From the IMG/VR virus record IMGVR_UViG_3300023240_000010: 64,000 nucleotides of DNA; one strand, 5' to 3'. Every line of letters begins with the position of its first letter. The stretch's first letter is position 1. This DNA comes from a virus. The position numbers and the translations under genes are program-made. Below, one piece after another: positions 44,586-52,848 of this stretch. The notes under the pieces are model-generated. The model saw nothing but the letters and a program-made list of their open reading frames with translations. It had not been told where the DNA came from and did no database searches.

Positions 44586-45136
44586 TAATTAACTCTCCAC
44601 CATTCTGGGATATTTCTCTTTGTCCATACTGCGAAATCACGCTTCGCTTCTCTGTAGTAGTTACGATACGATGTTAATGAATCTCCTTCTACTATGCAAT
44701 GCTTGTGTGAACCCATAGCAGGAGTAGGTTGTGTGAACCCATCCGTAGGTATGTTTGCTGGTGGAACTAAGAGATAGTACTCTAATTTAACAAACGACAG
44801 ATGCTTCTTGCCATAACGTCTTTCAAACTCAAAACATAATGCAATCCACATATCATACAACCACTGATAATTCTGTACTGATTTTCTGCACCAGATAGAC
44901 GATGGATGATTGATGTGTGTTGCTTTATACAGCGTATGATTCATGGCAGAGTCTGGGTGGAAGTACCTAGCAATCTTACGACCATTAGTTGTTCTACCGT
45001 TCCAGAATTCGCCATCAATACATCTTTGTGCAGTCGATAACAGTTGTGCATACTCTACACACATCTTTACCACGTGCTTGTCGTTGTGCTGTTCAGCACA
45101 TATTACAGGATCTTGATGTAAATAGAATATATTAAT
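44585..45136 (-). CDS. denV: Pyrimidine-dimer DNA glycosylase (DenV-like), probable ATT start
   Basis: Frame extends upstream of the tracked ORF to (I)NIFYLHQDPVICAEQHNDKHVVKMCVEYAQLLSTA; YKATHINHPS..W; RYGK.H; YRNYY..K...W. Confidence 0.85.
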   Translation of the reverse strand: MNIFYLHQDPVICAEQHNDKHVVKMCVEYAQLLSTAQRCIDGEFWNGRTTNGRKIARYFHPDSAMNHTLYKATHINHPSSIWCRKSVQNYQWLYDMWIALCFEFERRYGKKHLSFVKLEYYLLVPPANIPTDGFTQPTPAMGSHKHCIVEGDSLTSYRNYYREAKRDFAVWTKRNIPEWWRVN

Positions 45137-45137
45137 G

Positions 45138-45284
45138 TTATTTCTCCAACTGTTTTTGTTTTGCTACTTTATAAATCTCGCCTAACAATTCTTTTTCTTT
45201 GCTAGTTAGACTATTATACAAGGACTTTGACCGTTTGTCAACCTTTCCTACTTTACGAAACAATTTCGCTTTCTTTGAATTCAC
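45138..45284 (-). CDS. Small basic hypothetical protein (48 aa; not in the ORF track)
   Basis: GTG overlapping the upstream TGA; MNSKKAKLFRKVGKVDKRSKSLYNSLTSKEKELLGEIYKVAKQKQLEK*; fills the gap exactly. Confidence 0.6.
   Translation of the reverse strand: MNSKKAKLFRKVGKVDKRSKSLYNSLTSKEKELLGEIYKVAKQKQLEK
45213..45241 (-). promoter_or_regulatory. Perfect sigma70 promoter
   Basis: TTGACA-N17-TATAAT upstream of denV. Confidence 0.88.
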
Positions 45285-45556
45285 AGAATGATGCCGCTTA
45301 CTGCTGTACGATACGCTTTCTCAAACTCTGCGTTGGTTGGTGTTACATAAACATAATCTTTGAAACGAACAGTATTGACATTCTCAATACCAGTCATGCA
45401 AATACCACGAGCGAAACCAACACCTTCATCACCAGCAATCAACATACGAGGATCATCTAACGTCAACCCACCGTCTGCATGATTCTGATTGTACTTGCCC
45501 ATATACTCTCCTGAAAGAGTTACTACACTTACTACATCACCTTTAACAAAACTCAT
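45281..45556 (-). CDS. Hypothetical small beta protein (possibly Sm-like)
   Basis: KGDVVSVVTLSGEYMGK..LTLDDPR..Y....SGIIL pattern. Confidence 0.6.
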   Translation of the reverse strand: MSFVKGDVVSVVTLSGEYMGKYNQNHADGGLTLDDPRMLIAGDEGVGFARGICMTGIENVNTVRFKDYVYVTPTNAEFEKAYRTAVSGIIL

Positions 45557-46224
45557 TACTTAGTCTCCTCGACCGCTTTAACTACATCAGGGAAGTGTTG
45601 CTTAATTATTTCCCAACATTTATTTGCTACATCCATATGCTCTTTCTGTGTACCATTCGCCATGCGCAAATCACAATAGTGAATCCATGAACGCAAACTA
45701 CCTGCCATATACAGTGTTGTTCCTGTTAAACCCTCGGGCAACAATGCACGTGCCTGTTCCTTAGCAATACCCATATCAAGTGCGGCAGCATACTCTTTCT
45801 TTGCGAAGTTGCGAACCCTCGCTTGTGAACGTCCCCATTCACTCTTAATATGTTCATCATCAGTTACATTAGAGTTCTGGCGATTCTTCTCGTCTTGAAC
45901 TCGTGCTTCACGTACCACATTAATATTCTCACTCACTGCATATCTCTGTGAGAACTCTTGAAAGGCGAACGACCTGTGACGTATAATCTGACGACCAATA
46001 TCACGAGTTGTTTTAATCTCAAGTGTCAAGTGTACCATTTCAAGTGGTGACCAATGATTCTCCTTAATCAAATAACGAACTAACTTACCAGCAGTCTCGG
46101 TGTTATTCTGATTAGCGGGGTTACTCACTCTTGCCGCATATGCTACCAATTGCTCTGCTGAATTAACTCCAGTGATTGCACTAGGTTTACTCAGTGCAAT
46201 CAAACTCACTTCATTTTGTTCCAT
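45556..46224 (-). CDS. thyX: Flavin-dependent thymidylate synthase
   Basis: AYAARVS, HWSPLEM, RQIIRHRSFAFQEFSQRY (ThyX motif), AKEQARALLP, LRSWIHY..LR...TQKEH. Confidence 0.96.
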   Translation of the reverse strand: MEQNEVSLIALSKPSAITGVNSAEQLVAYAARVSNPANQNNTETAGKLVRYLIKENHWSPLEMVHLTLEIKTTRDIGRQIIRHRSFAFQEFSQRYAVSENINVVREARVQDEKNRQNSNVTDDEHIKSEWGRSQARVRNFAKKEYAAALDMGIAKEQARALLPEGLTGTTLYMAGSLRSWIHYCDLRMANGTQKEHMDVANKCWEIIKQHFPDVVKAVEETK

Positions 46225-46225
46225 A

Positions 46226-46768
46226 TTAATCCCATAGTCCTTCGTAGTATTTACCAAATAGTCTGAAACCATTTGTTATTCTTTTTTGATGCGCTTCAAC
46301 GCCTTTCATGTCAACTTGATAAGTATGATTAGGACCCTCTACTAATCGAAACATTCCGTCACCATTATCAACATGATCCCAGTCAGTTTCACCTTTTGAG
46401 TACTGAGACTGCCAATTAACTGGGGTTTTCTGTTCGAATGCCCAAATCATTTCGCTGATAACATATTCCCAACGCTCAAAGTATTGCTCATCAACTTCAC
46501 CTTTGGTCTTGTAGTGTCGTTCGTCTTTCATGTCCCAACGTAGAAGTTCAGGAACATCTTCCATCTCAACAAAGGGTGCACCATGCTGTGTCTCTTTCAA
46601 CTGAATAAGCATAGGAAGAATTATCTTTGCGAGTGTATGATCCATTGACCAAGTATCAAACTCTTCAATCACAATCTTCTCTTTTACCTTTGCTTCATAT
46701 CCAAAGTGCCAGAAAACAAAGTTGTGATACCATCGGTGTCTAGGATACTTACCTATATTAACTTTCAT
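46226..46768 (-). CDS. Conserved phage hypothetical protein
   Basis: DTWSMDHTLAKIILPML.QLKET.HGAP...RWEYVISEMIWAFE...NGFRLFGKYYEGLWD. Confidence 0.75.
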   Translation of the reverse strand: MKVNIGKYPRHRWYHNFVFWHFGYEAKVKEKIVIEEFDTWSMDHTLAKIILPMLIQLKETQHGAPFVEMEDVPELLRWDMKDERHYKTKGEVDEQYFERWEYVISEMIWAFEQKTPVNWQSQYSKGETDWDHVDNGDGMFRLVEGPNHTYQVDMKGVEAHQKRITNGFRLFGKYYEGLWD

Positions 46769-46859
46769 ATGTTACCTTTTAATCATTATGTATATGAAGT
46801 GTCGCTCTCGCTTAGGAATCATTACCAGTTTACGAAAGAGTTATCACTTCATAGGCACC

Positions 46860-46888
46860 ATTATACAGCAAAGTAAATGGATTGTCAA
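46860..46888 (-). promoter_or_regulatory. Perfect sigma70 promoter
   Basis: TTGACA-N17-TATAAT, intergenic. Confidence 0.9.
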
Positions 46889-46947
46889 GCATTATTTTAA
46901 AAAGAAAAGCAGTTTCGTGACATGCTCAGGTCGGTCCCAAGGCGGGA

Positions 46948-47601
46948 CTAAATCTTAGGGAAAAGTATCTCGGTCATGAAATACTCTGCACGTTCTTTGC
47001 CGATCTTCTTATTCAGTGCGGCACGTGTGCGTGGGTTTGATGCTTGGTGTTTACAGTAATTATTCTGTGCGTCCTTGATGATATCTAGTGCATCGTAAGG
47101 ATCATCTTTACCAGAGGTTTTAATAACGCATTCTTGGAGCATCATCATATATTCCATGAAAGTATCTATAGCAAACTCAAACAGTTTTTCAGTCTCCTCT
47201 TCATCAGGTCTGATAGCGACGAACTGATCACTAAAACAATCTGCCCATACAGGTAGTTTTCTATCTTTATTCCATACAGTGTCGTGCCACTTGCCGTCCC
47301 ATAACATAGGTGACCAATCAACGAACGCTCCAGTAATTTTACCAGTCTTAGCACTACCGACAACATCGAATCCGAAGATAGGTGCACCGATAGACTCGCG
47401 CGGCATTACAACAACATGAGCAACAACCAGTCCATCAACATAGTATCGCTCTATGTGTGCTAGTCTAAACTTAGGCGATTCGTATCGATAGTTCTCCCAT
47501 CCAAACTCCTCTGTCTCTAATGGTTTAACGCCAGCAGACGCTTCAATGATTTCTTGCATCTCACCAGTTAGTGCGGTTAGACGATCTTCTAAACTAATCA
47601 T
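46948..47601 (-). CDS. pcyX: Ferredoxin-dependent bilin reductase, PcyX/PcyA-like
   Basis: GWENYRYES.KFRLAHIE, H.V.MP...APIFGFDVV, GAFVDWSP, R.LP.WA..FS, AQNNYC..Q..NPRT; adjacent to a heme oxygenase. Confidence 0.85.
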   Translation of the reverse strand: MISLEDRLTALTGEMQEIIEASAGVKPLETEEFGWENYRYESPKFRLAHIERYYVDGLVVAHVVVMPRESIGAPIFGFDVVGSAKTGKITGAFVDWSPMLWDGKWHDTVWNKDRKLPVWADCFSDQFVAIRPDEEETEKLFEFAIDTFMEYMMMLQECVIKTSGKDDPYDALDIIKDAQNNYCKHQASNPRTRAALNKKIGKERAEYFMTEILFPKI

Positions 47602-48127
47602 CTTTACCCATCCTTTCTAACTCTTCGAATATCTCTATGTGATAACGAAACCCTTGATTGACTTCATCGACACTTAGTTCCAATCCACGAATCGCCGCAA
47701 TGATTTCTGATCGACCACCTTCGAACTTATATAAGTTACCATCAGAATAACCATTCTTTGCTACGATACCACCACCGAACATCATACCCATGTAGTTCAA
47801 GTAGATGTGTGAACTACGAAGATTCTCTTCAGAGTCGTATGGTCCAAGAATGTAATCAGCATATCTGTAAGCAGACTTAGGCATATTATGACCAGTTGCT
47901 TCTTCATCTAATGATTTGAGATCATCGATGATTGCTTGTTTTCTAGGTAGATTCTCATGAGGAAGAGTATACTCACCATATTGTTCCATAGCATTAAATA
48001 TTAAATACTGGGCATTAAGATAGCGAACGTAGTCCTTCTTAGACAAAGTACCATCAATCATTCGAATAGCAAAGGGTGTCGCCTCTACTGCATTATGCAA
48101 GTCAATTGTTGCTTCTCTAATATTCAT
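47594..48127 (-). CDS. hemO: Heme oxygenase
   Basis: IREAT.DLH..VE (proximal His), Y.RYL..QY.IF..ME, L.R..AI.DDL, H.Y..YMG..FGG, E...GF.Y.I.IFEEL. Confidence 0.88.
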   Translation of the reverse strand: MNIREATIDLHNAVEATPFAIRMIDGTLSKKDYVRYLNAQYLIFNAMEQYGEYTLPHENLPRKQAIIDDLKSLDEEATGHNMPKSAYRYADYILGPYDSEENLRSSHIYLNYMGMMFGGGIVAKNGYSDGNLYKFEGGRSEIIAAIRGLELSVDEVNQGFRYHIEIFEELERMGKDD

Positions 48128-49058
48128 TCGCGTTTACACCATAATTATTAATTAATTTCATACCGTAGTTATTAACACCTTTCTGTATCAGAACAGTTGT
48201 ATCTTTATCTAGCGGATTCTTTTTGAACGACTCGTAGTTTACATGGTGATGCCATCTACCATATCTCCATACCATCGTTGCCACGTCAGGATGCATATCA
48301 ACAAGCATCTGTGACTTGGCGATTGTTCCTGCTACGTTATATCTTTCTTTTACGTCTAATGTTTCGTCTGCTTGAATAGCAACACCGTTCTCATCAATAC
48401 CCAACTCTTTATGATAGAACTCTTCGGTGTTACCACCCTTGAGTGTCTGCGTTGCCATCTTGCCTTGAAGAAATGCATTGAACTGAATAGTACAGTCACC
48501 GTCTTTGAGAACGCGCAAACAAATGTCAGTGTCTTCATTGTAACGACCACGCCATCTGTGCTTACATTCATTGTCAATCAAGAGACAAGAATAGATTCTA
48601 GTGTTCTTTACGAATGCGGGGTATGCTTGATTAGGTGCGCAGAAGAAACGATACTGAGGTCCTGCTATCATAACATTAGTGTAGCGATCAACGAAGTCTT
48701 CCATAGGAGCAAAGAATGCACCACTCTCTACACGAATGCGCTTATTATTATGAAGGCGGTAGAAATCAGCAATATTGTCGTCAAGAACCCAATGGCGTTT
48801 AGCGCCAAGTGTAATAGAATGGTCCCAGCACCAATTACGAGCGCGACCTGGACCATCACCATGGTTGCTGAAGGGCAGAAGTAATAGAGTAACATACTTC
48901 CTAATGTTAAAATTATCAAGCGCAGTCTCATAAGCGTCCCAGTCTTGAGGTTCAATGCTAATGTAATGATGGACTTTCATTCTCGCTAATGACTGTGATG
49001 TCACCATAGAGTCTTGGCGTCCCTTTGATATAATATATATAGGATACTTAGGCGTCAT
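48117..49058 (-). CDS. TET/JBP-associated-type glycosyltransferase (TAGT/GREB1-like), putative DNA modification
   Basis: YPIYIISKGR, GPGRARNWCWDHS, HWVLDDNI, NTRIYSCLLI, WRGRYNEDTD..LR.LK.G, KGGNT. Confidence 0.75.
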   Translation of the reverse strand: MTPKYPIYIISKGRQDSMVTSQSLARMKVHHYISIEPQDWDAYETALDNFNIRKYVTLLLLPFSNHGDGPGRARNWCWDHSITLGAKRHWVLDDNIADFYRLHNNKRIRVESGAFFAPMEDFVDRYTNVMIAGPQYRFFCAPNQAYPAFVKNTRIYSCLLIDNECKHRWRGRYNEDTDICLRVLKDGDCTIQFNAFLQGKMATQTLKGGNTEEFYHKELGIDENGVAIQADETLDVKERYNVAGTIAKSQMLVDMHPDVATMVWRYGRWHHHVNYESFKKNPLDKDTTVLIQKGVNNYGMKLINNYGVNANEY

Positions 49059-49386
49059 CTTGAACCCAACGCAATAATGAGTTAGCAGTTCTATCTAACC
49101 GTGGGAACCAAGTACTCTTAGTCTTCTTAGTTAATGGTTGTCCAATCAGTTTAGCAAACTCTTCATAATCTTCTTTATTTCTAAAGTGCATAGAGATAGT
49201 CTTGTAAGTAGGATTATCTTCCTGCTTGTACTCGGGCATACCAACCCATTCTTTCTTCCACTCTACAGTTTTATCTTCCATACCGATAAACTCTGCGAGT
49301 GATGCTGGTGCTTCGGTATCTACTTCTACTCTTTCACCAACAAAGTTCTCGTACTCTGCTGATTCAGAAACTGTATTGTTCGGCAT
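49048..49386 (-). CDS. Hypothetical partner of the TAGT-like gene
   Basis: EW.GMPEY.QED...I..HFRN.EDYEEFAKLIGQ.LT.KTKS.WFP; start moved to MPNN (49386). Confidence 0.65.
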   Translation of the reverse strand: MPNNTVSESAEYENFVGERVEVDTEAPASLAEFIGMEDKTVEWKKEWVGMPEYKQEDNPTYKTISMHFRNKEDYEEFAKLIGQPLTKKTKSTWFPRLDRTANSLLRWVQDDA

Positions 49387-50047
49387 TTTTGCGATCCTTA
49401 TATTTCTTGATTGTGTCTTGTAATGGTCCTGACCAATTATCACGATGCTCGATAAACACTTGTGGTTCATCATCGTCAACAGCAATAATGGTAACTAGTT
49501 GTGTAATAGGTAATTGAGTGATCTCTTCCCATGCTATAGCATAGAATGACTCTTGCATAAAATACGCTTCGACATACTTGCGAAGTTTTGCTTTCTTAGC
49601 AGTCTTGAAATCGATGATTGATAACTTGCCATCAAACTCAGCAACACAATCCACTCGTCCTGCAACACCTAGATGATGCGAGTACAATGGAACTTCTTGT
49701 GCATAGACTTTACCTATACGTGTATCTAGGATTTCTTTAACGTCAAGAAAGTTAGCAATGATGTTAGGCATATACTTCTTAGTATAGTCTGGTACATTAT
49801 TGATGTAATCTTCGATGATTTCGTGAACAGCAGTACCGCGAGTAGAGGCGCGGAAAGAAATCTTGTCTGCTTCTACATCACCAACACGTTTGCGCCAAGC
49901 GGCGATGCCTTTCTCAGATAGAATAGACAGACATGTAGTGATAGAGGGATACTTTTTGCCGTCAGGCGTTTCGTAGTGACGACCAGTAGAAAGGGTCTCT
50001 GACTCTAAATCAGCATAACCCAGGTCGTAATTAACGTGTTCGAACAT
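49364..50047 (-). CDS. PD-(D/E)XK exonuclease (Cas4/RecB-like)
   Basis: R.Y.TPDG.KYPSITT.L, RGT.VH, E..LYS..LGVAGRVDCVAEFDGKLSIIDFKT, YFMQ..YA; start moved to MFEH. Confidence 0.9.
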   Translation of the reverse strand: MFEHVNYDLGYADLESETLSTGRHYETPDGKKYPSITTCLSILSEKGIAAWRKRVGDVEADKISFRASTRGTAVHEIIEDYINNVPDYTKKYMPNIIANFLDVKEILDTRIGKVYAQEVPLYSHHLGVAGRVDCVAEFDGKLSIIDFKTAKKAKLRKYVEAYFMQESFYAIAWEEITQLPITQLVTIIAVDDDEPQVFIEHRDNWSGPLQDTIKKYKDRKNAEQYSF

Positions 50048-50079
50048 AATATAAGTCTCTTCAATTGAATACAAGTAGT

Positions 50080-50108
50080 ATTATATCACAGGTATTCCAC
50101 CAATGCAA
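50080..50108 (-). promoter_or_regulatory. Sigma70-type promoter
   Basis: TTGCAT-N17-TATAAT with a TG extension, upstream of the exonuclease. Confidence 0.75.
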
Positions 50109-50111
50109 GAC

Positions 50112-50861
50112 TTATTTTGATTTCTTTTTCAATTCTTTTTCTAATCGTCGTCGCTCTGCTCTTGTCTGTGGGACAACAACCTGCTGATCCATTCCACGAC
50201 CATCACTAATATCACTCTCATCTTTCTTCTTTTGTGGACTGGTCAATGCGTCTGGATATACTACCACTTCAACATTAGGCAGTTTAGGTATCTTCAGTTG
50301 GTCATGATTGTGATGCAATACGAATTTAGTATCAGGAAACTCGCGCATGATGTCACGCCAGACAGGGCGCCAGTTGTTCAACAGTCTATAGTTGTTGACT
50401 TGTGTTCTATCACTAGACAATACAAGGTCAGTCACACTTCGCATATTGAAGTCGAACAGAGTATCGAATCCATACATATGAATCTCATCTGCTTTATGTC
50501 GTGCTGCCGCATAGTGAACTGCCATGTGACCACAGTTAAAGTTCGTTGCATTGCCAGCATATTCAGGAACATCAGTGTAGAACTCTTTGATGTTAGGGGC
50601 GTACTTGAGATAGAATGCATGACGTTCATACATCCATGCGCGAGGACGTGTGCCTAGAATCCACATATACTGATCAAGTTGAACTGACCCTTCGGTCAAT
50701 GCCATCATCATCTTGAAGTCGACCATGCACGTACCGAACACCTCATCTCTAGGTATCTCGAACGGAGGCATATTACAGAGAAGTTTAGTTCCCTTTCGTG
50801 GTTCTTTCAGATAGTGCTTCGCTTGATCACCGTTACCAATAATATGAAATACTTTACTCAT
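50112..50861 (-). CDS. Putative sialyltransferase-like / DUF115-like transferase
   Basis: FHIIGNG at the N-terminus and NCGHMAVHYA...ADEIHMYGFD match the GT29/GT42/Maf-like fold signature. Confidence 0.55.
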   Translation of the reverse strand: MSKVFHIIGNGDQAKHYLKEPRKGTKLLCNMPPFEIPRDEVFGTCMVDFKMMMALTEGSVQLDQYMWILGTRPRAWMYERHAFYLKYAPNIKEFYTDVPEYAGNATNFNCGHMAVHYAAARHKADEIHMYGFDTLFDFNMRSVTDLVLSSDRTQVNNYRLLNNWRPVWRDIMREFPDTKFVLHHNHDQLKIPKLPNVEVVVYPDALTSPQKKKDESDISDGRGMDQQVVVPQTRAERRRLEKELKKKSK

Positions 50862-51510
50862 TATACATTATCTTCTTTATCTGTTCTTTGCCCTTTGCAC
50901 CTGTCCAGTGCATAGCAAGTTTGTTAGGATTGTCTTGACCATCAAGTAATTGTATACGTAACCAGTTGTATATATTAGGCACACTATTGATGTGTGTCAT
51001 ACGTGAAATGGGAGTAAGCATCATAGAGTGAAGTACTTCTTGGTCTCCTACTTTAGGGTTCTTTCGACACTCATCTGCCCACTTACGAAGTATATTAGGT
51101 TTGCCCTTCATTGCAACAACACCAGAGTTGTGCCATACTTCGCCTCTTCGTGCGCTCCAAGGTTTGTCTTCTACCATGCCTAGTTTATTATCTTCAACAT
51201 GATCCCAGATACCCGATAGATCGCCCAGTACATGAATGTCTGTGTCAATCCAGCATGTCTCTTCACAAGGAGATGCAAGTAATGCTTGTGGTTTATAGAA
51301 CCAACCACCAACTTTCTGTTTCTCCATTGTTATGTAGTCAGTAAATATATTATCAGTCTGTAACCATCCTTTCAATTCACGCGATACACCAAAGTCCATA
51401 AAGACAATAGGTGTCTTGTTGTGCTTAGTGTAGTGCTTAATAAACCAAGGGAGCATCCATTCTGTATTAGAATCGCATCCTGTTATAAAGCATCTGCTTG
51501 TATTAGACAT
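50854..51510 (-). CDS. GT-A glycosyltransferase (GT8-like)
   Basis: FITGCD, WFYKP.ALL.SP..ETCWIDTD, HNSGVV, GDQEVL, YNWLR, HWTG. Confidence 0.8.
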   Translation of the reverse strand: MSNTSRCFITGCDSNTEWMLPWFIKHYTKHNKTPIVFMDFGVSRELKGWLQTDNIFTDYITMEKQKVGGWFYKPQALLASPCEETCWIDTDIHVLGDLSGIWDHVEDNKLGMVEDKPWSARRGEVWHNSGVVAMKGKPNILRKWADECRKNPKVGDQEVLHSMMLTPISRMTHINSVPNIYNWLRIQLLDGQDNPNKLAMHWTGAKGKEQIKKIMYNE

Positions 51511-52153
51511 TACTTATTATCCGATATTTGTTAGCATCATAATTATGCTTTGCTACACACCCACCTTCTTTTTGAATAGTAGTAAATGTATCTCTTGCAA
51601 CTACAGGATGTGGATAGAACTCTTCTAACCAAGGAAAGATTGCAATGTTTAGAAATACATCTGTTGGTCTGGCATAGTCATAAGCACCCTGAATAAATGC
51701 TTTTGCTGCTTCAGGTTTGAGTCGATAACCATGTGCGCCAGGAAAGTAAGTCTTAGTTGTCAAAGGATTAACACCCATCTGACCACACTGCATATGCTTA
51801 CCATAACTAGGTGCGCCAATATTGACACAACCCGTATAACTCATAACTCTAGGAATAGGCATAACTGCTACAGCGTCATGCTCGAATATTTGGTACTCGA
51901 CATTATCTTTGATACACATTTTCCATAATGTGTAGTGTGATAAGAATGCAGACATACAGTTAAGTTTCACTGATCCCTCTTCTCTGAATCCATGCAGAGG
52001 CAATCCATAATAATCAAATAGTTTATATGGATCATCCTTAGGAGTAATAGCATTGAACATCTGAACATCATACTCAGGCGCCGAGGCAATCATTCTCTCT
52101 GCTACCTTAACAGACTCGGGTAAAGATTTTATTGTAATTACATATGATTTCAT
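51503..52153 (-). CDS. GT25-like glycosyltransferase
   Basis: SYVITI, FNAITP, SAFLSHY.LWK.C, IFEHDA, GAHGY.LKP.AA, PTD. Confidence 0.8.
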   Translation of the reverse strand: MKSYVITIKSLPESVKVAERMIASAPEYDVQMFNAITPKDDPYKLFDYYGLPLHGFREEGSVKLNCMSAFLSHYTLWKMCIKDNVEYQIFEHDAVAVMPIPRVMSYTGCVNIGAPSYGKHMQCGQMGVNPLTTKTYFPGAHGYRLKPEAAKAFIQGAYDYARPTDVFLNIAIFPWLEEFYPHPVVARDTFTTIQKEGGCVAKHNYDANKYRIISNV

Positions 52154-52848
52154 AATGAAGTTGTCGATTCGATACCTTGTACTTTAGTTACATAAGGAAA
52201 CAATTGTCCCAGTTTGCGCGGTATTAGTTGTCTGCACATAATAGCATCGTTTGGCCAAGCACCGTATTCGTTCACTAAGTTTATTAGTTTCTGTGCGCCT
52301 TCGGGTTTAATGAAGTACGCAGAGTTTCCTGCTATGCCTTGTGGAATCTCAATGCTATCTATCTTAGGTGCTGGACTAACACCACGTTTCTTACTTACAC
52401 TTTCATGATATAGTTGGGCGCGTCGAGTTGCTCCCATTGGATTATTAAGTCCTATTATATCATAAGGTGACTGAGATAGCAAACTATAATCTAATTTATT
52501 TGTAAAATATGCATCATGCTCAAATATCATTATGTCTTTCTTCTCACCTACACACTTTTTCCATAGTAGATAGTGTGACAGAAAGCAAGCGATTCTCTTA
52601 TTAGGATCAACAGTTTGATAAGCAGACTTCATAAGACCAGACTGTAAATCAAGTTCTGTTCCTTGCCAAGGATAGTTCCAATTAAGTCTTTGCTGGTTAA
52701 ACAATGTTGTTACACGATCCGGTGTGATTGCCTGAGTCTTATGAATCGTAAACTCGTTCTCTACTTTCTCTGAACTAGCAATGAGTCTATCGCTCGAATG
52801 CCAAGAGATTGGATTATCACTCAATGTTATTACGTAACCTTCAATCAT
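52150..52848 (-). CDS. GT25-like glycosyltransferase
   Basis: GYVITL, AITP, IACFLSHYLLWKKC, IFEHDA, GNSAYFIKPEGAQKL, PND. Confidence 0.82.
   Translation of the reverse strand: MIEGYVITLSDNPISWHSSDRLIASSEKVENEFTIHKTQAITPDRVTTLFNQQRLNWNYPWQGTELDLQSGLMKSAYQTVDPNKRIACFLSHYLLWKKCVGEKKDIMIFEHDAYFTNKLDYSLLSQSPYDIIGLNNPMGATRRAQLYHESVSKKRGVSPAPKIDSIEIPQGIAGNSAYFIKPEGAQKLINLVNEYGAWPNDAIMCRQLIPRKLGQLFPYVTKVQGIESTTSL

Noticed and set aside
46948-48127. Cyanophage assignment based on the bilin genes and phoH
   Set aside because: The reductase looks PcyX-like and iscU looks proteobacterial; no psbA, hli or similar genes are in view. The host cannot be fixed from this window.
49364-50047. Cas4 as part of a CRISPR system
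   Set aside because: It lacks the four-Cys cluster and any cas context; this is the common stand-alone T4-like exonuclease.
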